Positions 55,666-64,000 of a stretch of DNA of 64,000 nucleotides are shown piece by piece. Origin of the DNA: Eledone cirrhosa (Eukaryota); contig OZ024742.1 in the NCBI GenBank assembly GCA_964016885.1, forward strand, positions 123,504,001 to 123,568,000. Reading direction: 5' to 3'. The notes under the pieces were generated by a model, which saw only the letters and a list, made by a program, of their open reading frames with translations, had not been told where the DNA came from and made no database searches. The translations under genes and the position numbers were made by a program. Within the stretch, counting starts at the first letter, position 1. Every line of letters starts with the position of its first letter.

Positions 55666-56653
55666 GTGTATGTATGTATATATATTGTAGCATGTATGGT
55701 CTATAATCGTAAATTAGAAAAAAAATTCCCTTTTGCCTAATCAAAAGAAATCGATATTCCACACATCTTAATTTTATCTCTGCATATCACTTAGCTATAC
55801 GTTCTCGTTTAATTTATTTTCTTGTTTTTCTCATATTAATTTCAAACTGATACTCTTTCTCTCTCTATTTCTCTCTCATGCATACACGTGCATCCCTCCT
55901 CCCAAACACCATTGTGTAATTATAGTGAAGCGCCCTCACTTCCATATTATATTTTAGTTTAGTTGGTCTCTCGTTAACGATTCTAATTTTTTCTCTATTT
56001 TATTGTTTTATTCTTACCTTACACTTCTACCTTCCCGCTGTTATGCATTCTCTCTAGCATTCTCATCATATTATAATGATAATCATCATAGCGATCATCG
56101 TATTCGTTAAAATAATCCTCCCCCTCTGTTAGTCACATGTACTATGCAAGCTAGTGTGACGATTACGATTTGAATATGACATTTTCCTTTTAGTGTCAGT
56201 TAAATGAGGATGACAATGGTAAAAAAGAAAAGTGGGAAGATCGGAATGAAATATGGAGAATATGCTGACTATATCCATAAAAGCATGTCACATTTAATTA
56301 TTGTATCGTAAATATATTCATACTTAATATTACATAATTGATACTATAGTGCATCAGGTATTTGTCAATATATTCTTCAATAGAAAGCATCCGCTCATTA
56401 TTAGTATAGCACTTTATGATCCTACACACCGTAACCTGAATAATAAATCTACATCATTGAATAATATGGTTATTTAAGAGAAACGTGAGATTATGGAACT
56501 TTATGAAGGAGTTACATTGTATACACAGACATACATTGACACACACACATACACATATTAATGGCTAGTTGTAGATTTACAGGTATATAAATGAGAACTA
56601 TTTACTGATATGGTAGTAGTATTATATAATACGAGTACCCGCCAACTGATATA

Positions 56654-57040
56654 CAGGCTGGGCCGTAAGTCACGTACCAAAAAATTAAAGACAATTTAAT
56701 ATACATGTACATTTTATTGTATTCATAACAAAAAAATATATTGAAATGACAAACGTATCATTGTTTATAAATGCTAAAAATGCACTTCATTGGCAATTTC
56801 GCATAATTCTATTCGATATCTGAAATTGTTATAGACTCGAGCTAATAAATCCCTATCTCCGTCAATATGGTGACAAGAATAAAAAATCTGCTGGCGAAGA
56901 TGATCAACCTCTGTTATTTTAGTTGAATAAATGATTTGTTTTATGTTGCCCCTAAATAAAAGTCCGTTGGCGAATATATATCGGGATGGGACGAGTTTAA
57001 AACTAGCTGGACCATTACTCTACAGAGTACACGATACTTG
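56654..57040 (-). mobile_element. Tc1/mariner-superfamily 3' end relic
   Basis: TA|CAGGCTGGGCCGTAAGTCACGTACC TIR-like end; frameshifted PD..SPTDFYL/GNIKQIIYSTKITEVDHLRQQI...FRYRIELCEIANEVHF*HL* (SPDL.P.DF.LWG..K...NG.HFEHL type). Confidence 0.7.
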
Positions 57041-57044
57041 GTGT

Positions 57045-57215
57045 ATGACGATTTTGCCGTTTCAACAGCTAGTTCCGGACTTGGTTTGAAAAGCCTACTG
57101 GTTGAGCTTGCCATGCCCCTGATGATATTACAAGTCAACTGGTATGCTGTTCAGCGAACAATCGGGTACTAGCTTTTGAAACGGCAAGAGCTCAGTCGGC
57201 GGGTCACGACTCTTT
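57045..57215 (+). ncRNA. Degenerate hammerhead of the same family as 44383-44488, with an upstream inverted partial copy
   Basis: gccc-CTGATGA (57119-57125)...GAAACGGC-aaGAGCTCa-GTCGGC-GGGTC; inverted ttgccgtttcaacagctagt at ~57054-57073. Confidence 0.55.
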
Positions 57216-57855
57216 GTATGCATGTATGGATGTATGGATGGTATCCCGAAGTGGAACGGGAAATAGCCATAGATAAATAAGGTACTTAATACATTGGTCG
57301 GATTTCTGAACCTGCTGTTGTGTATCTGGCGAAGACACTTTATTTCACTCGGCTGACAAAATATGAGTTGTACCTGTAATTCAAAAGGCCAGCATTATTT
57401 CACTAGTTTCAGGTTGTGTACAATGTGTCGCTGGAATGCTCAGCTAATTGTACGTTAACTTCGCGAGTAAGCTGTTCCCTCGATGAAACATCTGGAACAC
57501 TCGACATCGGAAGCGACGCAGGTCTAACAATATATTCATTAATATTGAAAGAATAATGCTCTCAGAAAAGTTGTTTTGAATGCTATGGAGCTGCCGTTAG
57601 ATACATTGTTATAGTAGGGGAATATTACCTGATTAAAGATATTGCTTTATTCGTTTCACCTGCAATCTGATGCAAGGTTCCAATTGTTGTAGTCTTTGTA
57701 AGATAGAGCTATCAATTGTATTACTGATTTGAAATGTAGAACAACCTCAATATATAATGTGCAATAAGCATCTTTTCGGGAGGGTCGGTGGTGCTATGGT
57801 AATAGTTAATTAACTCGGTCATACTGATAGTTGCCTCTGCTCAGTTCACAAATTT

Positions 57856-58032
57856 GTTTCTGATTTAGGCATAAGACCAACAATTAAATCGATCTCAGTG
57901 TATTACTGGTACTTCATTTTATCGACCCTGTAAGGATGAAAGGCAAAGCTAACTTTTGTGGGATTTGAGCTCAGAACGTAAAGGGCCGTAATTATATGGT
58001 GCAAAGCATGATATCCGACTCTCTATTGATAC
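57856..58032 (-). mobile_element. SINE family A
   Basis: ttactggtacttcattttatcgaccctgtaaggatgaaaggcaaag...gggatttgagctcagaacgtaaagggccgtaa...ccgactctcta. Confidence 0.85.
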
Positions 58033-58829
58033 ATAATATGTATGTAATGTTTATTATTGAGTACATAGTATTTCATGCAAAATAGTTTAAATGAGATAAA
58101 TTATACACTACTAATGTATTTAACTATTCAAATTTTCCTAATGAAAAATACATTTTAAATAATGAACTGCTCTAGGTTTGCCAAACAGCAAACCTGTTTC
58201 TAATGCTTTATTTGCCGGAAGTCTTGCAGTGAAATGTAGATTTTTAACCATTTCCCAACTTTATCTAAATAATTGTTATTTCTACAAAAGAAAATATGGC
58301 TAATGCGGTCGATAAGAATCAACAGTATTCTATCGTTTTTAATGAATTATCAGCATTTCAATGAATAGTGAATTTTAAATGTTTATTTAACTTTATTAAA
58401 AGTAAACAAAAATGAAAAACAAAACAAAACGTTCATTCGAACGAATGTTTTAAGATATTTTCCCCACGGAGATATAGTGTTTTAAGCAAATCATGAATAT
58501 ACAAATTGTTTATTATTTTAATAAATTTACTGCAAATAATTGATTTTTATTAAAAAAGCCATCGGCACAAAATCCAATTGCCATATTAACCTATTGCTTT
58601 TCTTTTACAATTCTACTGATCAGTGGTATACAAATGATACATTAGTGTATAGTATTGTGAAAACCGAAATGCGACGTGGGTTTTGTTTGCGACGTTCAGA
58701 TTCATTGTTTTCTATGCGGGGGTTTTCTTTTCGATGCTATTCTAAAAGAAAGACCAGAGATTAAACTAATGTCTTCACCCTCCGATAGCTCCCTTTTGCT
58801 TTCATTGACCAACAGAAACATTTAACAGG

Positions 58830-59390
58830 GTCAAATGGAACAAGCTCGAAGAGCTATTGGAATTATACAGTGTAAATGAACAAATCTGCGATAACATCAT
58901 GGTGATGTATATAAATAGCCAGGGACAGGATTATTTACTTTCATTGCTGCTGTTCATTCTGTACATTACCAAAGACTGGACGAACTATTATATATTGACG
59001 ATTAACTCATTATGAATGAAATCAAGGAAAAGATACAAAGACGTACAGACAACCTGACCAGCAGTTGTAAACAACATAGAATGAATATAAGTACCGCAAA
59101 AACAGAAATTGCGTCAGTCGACTATACTTCCTGAACGTTGGATATTGTTATAAACTGGCAGCTGCTCATGTAAGCACAGATTTCACATACTTGGCGAGAA
59201 GTTTTGATAAAGTTGGGAAGCTGAAATAGAAAGTAAAGTCAGTCAGATATCAACTGGCGCCTCATCCTATGAATCCCACGGATCAACCCAATTCTGACTT
59301 CATCTATTAAAGCTAGACATTGAATCTGAGCAAAACCCCAGTCTTTGATATGGAATGTCTGTGGCAAGTCGCTGACAAATCGGATAACAA
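58830..59390 (+). mobile_element. RTE-clade reverse transcriptase relic
   Basis: LDELLYIDD*LIMNEIKEKIQRRTDNLTSSCKQHRMNISTAKTEI (YADD and 'MNIS..KT' motifs), later DFTYL. Confidence 0.75.
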
Positions 59391-59439
59391 TGAAGACATA
59401 GAAGACATCACCTTTTATTTTGTTAGCCTTTCGTAACTA

Positions 59440-60170
59440 CCTCAGCTAGTTGGCAGACTAATCTGCATTGATGGTGTGACCTTTCTGAAGATAGTCAATA
59501 AACACAATGCCTTGTGTATCACGCACAAATGAGGCAATCATATTCCCTGCATATGGTCTTTTTCGGAGCAAGTTAGGTGGAGTATTTCCACTGCATTGAT
59601 TGTTTCTTTGTCTCTGGCTCAAAGTGATGAAAGCAACACACATCCTGGGTTAGAAAACATTAAAGAAAACCATCTGGATCTGCCTCAGGCAATGACAGGA
59701 TATGCTTATAATATGGGCTGCTTGATGTATTGTCAATCGCCTGTCATACATCACCATGTGGTGAACACGATCAACGTTTTCCTCAGTGCTGGCTGTTGAC
59801 GAACATCCCGACTTTGGGTCATCTTCAAGAGCCTCCTTTTGCCTCCTCAATTCAGCTTCCCCCTTTTGCACTGTTGATAGAGCTGGATCGTTATCTCATA
59901 ATGTAGCAATCATGTCAGCCTGAATGACCTTGCTCGCTGGACCCTTTTTCTGCAGGTTCTTGATTAGACTACAATGCCAAATTTTGTCTATTTTCAAGAG
60001 AAGTCGCTACTATATACATTTGAAGTCTTCTTTGAAGAGTCAGATGTCAGTTTACCTGGATAGAAACAACGCAGTTATTAATAAACGGAGTTGAAAGTAA
60101 TGCATACGAGATTTCTCAGCTCCAGCATCATTCCTTCATAATCAATATATGAATTTTTCTGCCACCTTCG
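59440..60170 (-). mobile_element. mariner relic (5' TIR plus fragmented transposase)
   Basis: LEDDPKSGCSSTASTEENVDRVHHMVMYDRRLT; MIASFVRDTQGIVFIDYLQKGHTINAD; TIR-like CGAAGGTGGCAGAAAAATTC from 60170 leftwards. Confidence 0.85.
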
Positions 60171-60792
60171 GGAATACACACACACATTTTGTTGTATAAG
60201 CATTTACATTTGAATTGCATTACTAAACGCTGCAGAGTAGTGAGTGAGTACACCTCTGATAGTTTAGGTGCTACGTCTAGATGGCGTCCACACCTTCTAA
60301 ATAAGGATAGTTCCCTTTGGGTGGTGAGTAAAGCTCATCACGTGGTGTAATCGGCTGTGGCTGGCGGCTGCTTCTAACCATTGTTAACTGTTGATCGATG
60401 TTCTTTCTCTTTATCTCAGTTAGATCATGTGATAGGTAAGAAAGCCTATTACTGACTGCTGATTGCTACTAAGTTGGATTTTAATACAATGAGCCGGAGT
60501 AGTCTCGCCTGTACCAGTCAAGAAGTCTGGTGGTTTTATTGCTAGTCTTAGTAAGGTATATGAAAGAAAAATTACAAATGCATTTACTCAAACTTGAATA
60601 GTTAGGCAGATATTTTGAAATTAGTGTTATATATATTACATGATAACATAAAATAACGCGTGAAGAGGGAGAGCTCGGATATATCAGTTCATGAAGCTTC
60701 TATCTATATATTCAATATATTTTTAGTATAGTTAACAATTCTTGCGATCAAAGTCAATAATTTCTTACTTGTAATTAGACAGCATGGAGAAA

Positions 60793-60987
60793 GGCGGTGG
60801 ATTGGCAGTATCGGTAGAGCATCGAAAAGATTCTTCTAGTTACATCATTACGTTTCGTGTTAGCTACGTTTTTCATTCTTACGCGGGTCGATAAAATAAA
60901 GTACCAGTAACGCACTCTGATATATTTAATCGATTTTCGCCTCCCTCCAAAATTGTTGGCCTTGTGCCTAAATCAGAAACCACAATT
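60793..60987 (+). mobile_element. SINE A (long subfamily)
   Basis: ggcggtggattggcagtatcggtagag...gggtcgataaaataaagtaccag; TSD-like aattagacagca at 60773 and 60984. Confidence 0.85.
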
Positions 60988-62454
60988 AGACAGCACAAAA
61001 AAAGGACACACATGCCCTCCCCCATATATATATATATATATATATATTGGTTTAGACTTTTATAAAGAATTTAATTTCAGCGACGCTATTAAGAAATCTG
61101 TTTTATTATAGTGTGGATGCAGTTGTAGCTATACTATTCTTCTTATATATTAATTTCAATGTCTTCATTATTTTTTTTAAATTTAATTCAGTATTTAAAC
61201 ACCAGTGAAATGGGAGAGATGTGATGGATAAAGTGTTCGCTCGTGATAGACGCTAAATTTATAATGCAATTCGTTAGCAACTTACAAATTGAGAATTCGC
61301 TGGAGACAAAACTGATGGCCAAACCAATGCATATATATTTGATATTTGAATCACACACTCACAGACACTCTCTCATAATCTTTCAGAAGTCGATACATAT
61401 TCGGCTTTAGAATAATCGATATATAATGAAATCAGTCAATCACACTGGTGCGTATATCAAAACAAATCTAGCATGTTTTAATAACTTTGACACTTGTGTC
61501 CGGAATAAATATCAGTAGTAAACATTTTGTCTTCTTTCCAGAAAGCCAATTAAGAGTAGGGATTATACGATAACCCCGGTTGCCAACTAAATGTCTGAAG
61601 TTCTCAATTCAACTGAAATTCCCTAGTATAGTGAAGTATAATTCTTTCTAGAAATATTGTTTGGTGTTTGAAAATGAATTCAAGTGAAAATTCTTCTTCT
61701 ATCGAAGTACTTTTGTGTTATTTACGTCAAAGTTTTGTATTTTAAATAATATTATATCTACAATATTTGGCTTATTTCGAAGTCAATAAATTTCCCAGAA
61801 AACAGGTGCAGTTCTAGTTATACTATTTTACATTAATTCGTAGATTGTGATTATATAAATTTTGTTGAGCAATATCATATGTCTTCACTAAATAACCTGT
61901 ACACGTGAGCTGGTTTTGAAATTTTATGAAAATCACCATGGATAATTTTGATATATTTGTACTAGTCATTTTAATTCTTACACAAAACAATAGTACTCTA
62001 TCAAAATTCTATAACAGTATTATTTAACTAAAGAACTGCTTCAAAAGAATATAGCTAACACATATCTGATGCCATTGTTTTAAGATATGCGCATATATTG
62101 AAATGGGCTATTATCTAAAGGTATTAGCTGAACATTGTCACGACATACAAGAATATACTCTTAGCTGTAAAAGGGTAAATAGGTGTTCTAATTTCCTACA
62201 TGTGTTTCATGTCATGACGGAAGCAGGCGGTTTTTCTTTTTCTAGAATATCATTTAGACATTCTCGAGGCGAACGTGATGTAATATCATGTCTTGAAATT
62301 TAGAAAGTATTCCTTCTGGCAGTTTCAAAAGTGTTCTAAATAGATGCTCACACGCACCATAGACACATTTGAGAGATTGAGGCCGACGTATTTCATTAGT
62401 CGAAATAAAATTGATGCTAAGTGCAACAAACCAAGTTGACTCAATGATGGGCAT

Positions 62455-62605
62455 TTATTTCGGAGCAAAGTACTTTATTTCACATTGCTCCAATACACTC
62501 AGCTGAGATTGAATAACAGCAGTTTCTGGGGAGTTAATCCTGGGATAGACTGGTATCCTTTTCAGGCTGAGTCTTACGGCAAGGAAACCGGCCTGACGAG
62601 CATCC
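62455..62605 (+). mobile_element. SINE family B fragment
   Basis: gagcaaagtactttatttcacattgctccaatacactcagctg...ggaaaccggcctgacgagc. Confidence 0.65.
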
Positions 62606-63316
62606 TGCTTAGAATAGACATGACGAATGGAAGAATACTCGGTAAGCATGATTTCGTAAGAAATGAATTCTTGCACAAAACACGGAAGCCTTATACAGCG
62701 TGAAAATTGAAATATATGTCATCGCTATAAACAAGCAGACCTAAACATGTCTAAGTATGTATATATGTAGCCTCTCATACATTCAATATATGAAACACAA
62801 TGTCTGCTTCTTCAGTTTTATTGCGGAAGATCTAACAGTTTTGCCACTAATATATGAACAAATCAAATACATGCGTAAAGTGTATTAGAATGAATTGCAA
62901 AATTACACTGCATAAGTGCAAGTTTAAAATACTGACATGACAAAAATGAAATCTTGTTTTTTTTACGTTATCATGGATCTAGGTGATTTGAATATTGGCT
63001 AATATATGTTAGATTTTCATTATGTTTTAGCTAAGGCTCACCAGATTAATCCTGTTATTTAAAGAAATGATTGCATTTATGTGTACACTGTATTTCTTTG
63101 TTACAAAATTAACTCTTGTATCTAAAACTATAGGATATTTTCTCTGGTCCCCACTTTATCTAACATTGAGTGTCTGAACAAAAGAATGAAATCAGATGCT
63201 TTAATTGAATGTGAAATTTCCAAGTACTGTATAATATATTCAAACATACGTTAATATCTCGGAGCAAGTAACATTTCTGGAATACAATAATCTTGAATAA
63301 TATTTTCTCTTAACAT

Positions 63317-63502
63317 AATTGTTTCTACTTTTGGCACAAGGCCAGTAATTACCCAGTACATTACTGCTACTTTATTTTATCAACCCCGTAGGGATGAAAG
63401 GTAAAGTTAACCTCGGCGGTATTTGAACTCAGAATGGCAAGGGCCATAACTCTATGCGTCAAAGCATGGCGTCCGACCCTCTACCGATACTGCCAATCCA
63501 CC
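63317..63502 (-). mobile_element. SINE family A, full length
   Basis: Complete reverse-complement copy; TSD ttctcttaa(c/a)ataat on both sides. Confidence 0.93.
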
Positions 63503-63669
63503 TTCTCTTAAAATAATGATTGTTAAAAACGAATTCCAAGTTAACTAGAATCATAATGTTTGCGTTTTGCGTGTTACTTTACTCTAAAGCTGTATCTAAC
63601 AACAGTGACTAACAACAGAATGTTTTAAGTCTGCGTGTTCTGACATATATGCGTAGCTTGTGAATAACA

Positions 63670-63860
63670 AATTCAAGGGGTTTCGCTGGCCGTGGTGATC
63701 CCTGGCAAATATCGTCTTATTGGCTAATCAACCGATGAGAGTAATTGTTGCTCAAAAGCATCCGCCACTTTGTTTGCACGTTTATTTATCGTTTCGCTTT
63801 CGAATGTTCCTCCTGTATTTCGTCGTTTATCATCAAAATATTTTTCTCGTTTTGGTAAGT
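63670..63860 (+). promoter_or_regulatory. Candidate promoter and non-coding first exon of a plus-strand gene
   Basis: CpG cluster, ATTGG (reverse CCAAT) at 63719, donor TTG|GTAAGT at 63854/63855, T-rich sequence after it. Confidence 0.3.
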
Positions 63861-64000
63861 TATAGTGTTAATTTATATATGATTTTTTAAATTTATATTA
63901 ACTATTTTTTTTCAGTTCGTTATTGGTTGTATCATATTTACTTGTATATTTGTCCACATTATTGTTCGTTTTATGTTAGATTATTTTATTATTATTATGT

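Overview
AT-rich, repeat-dense eukaryotic genomic DNA with no recognisable intact protein-coding gene. The SINE families and the (TA)n/(CA)n/(GA)n/(ATT)n/(CAT)n microsatellite load resemble a cephalopod (octopus-like) genome, which is an inference. Repeats identified by eye: about 16 copies of a tRNA-headed SINE (family A), a CORE-like SINE (family B), and an RTE-tailed short element (family C). Also present are many RTE LINE fragments, three relics of CRE-clade non-LTR retrotransposons, and an internally deleted R4/Dong-like element in an (ATT)n repeat. Penelope-like (PLE) material includes a Naiad-type 3' fragment and several PLE-like terminal repeats with degenerate hammerhead ribozymes. 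DNA elements are a non-autonomous Helitron, three Tc1/mariner relics, piggyBac-like and foldback MITEs; there are also two 1-1.7 kb interrupted (TA)n arrays. The left ~33 kb is visibly CpG-depleted and the right ~30 kb is not, suggesting a methylated gene body (probably a long intron of a minus-strand gene starting near 36 kb) next to unmethylated DNA. Nearly all ORFs in the track are microsatellite or TE artefacts. All family assignments come from remembered motifs, not database searches.
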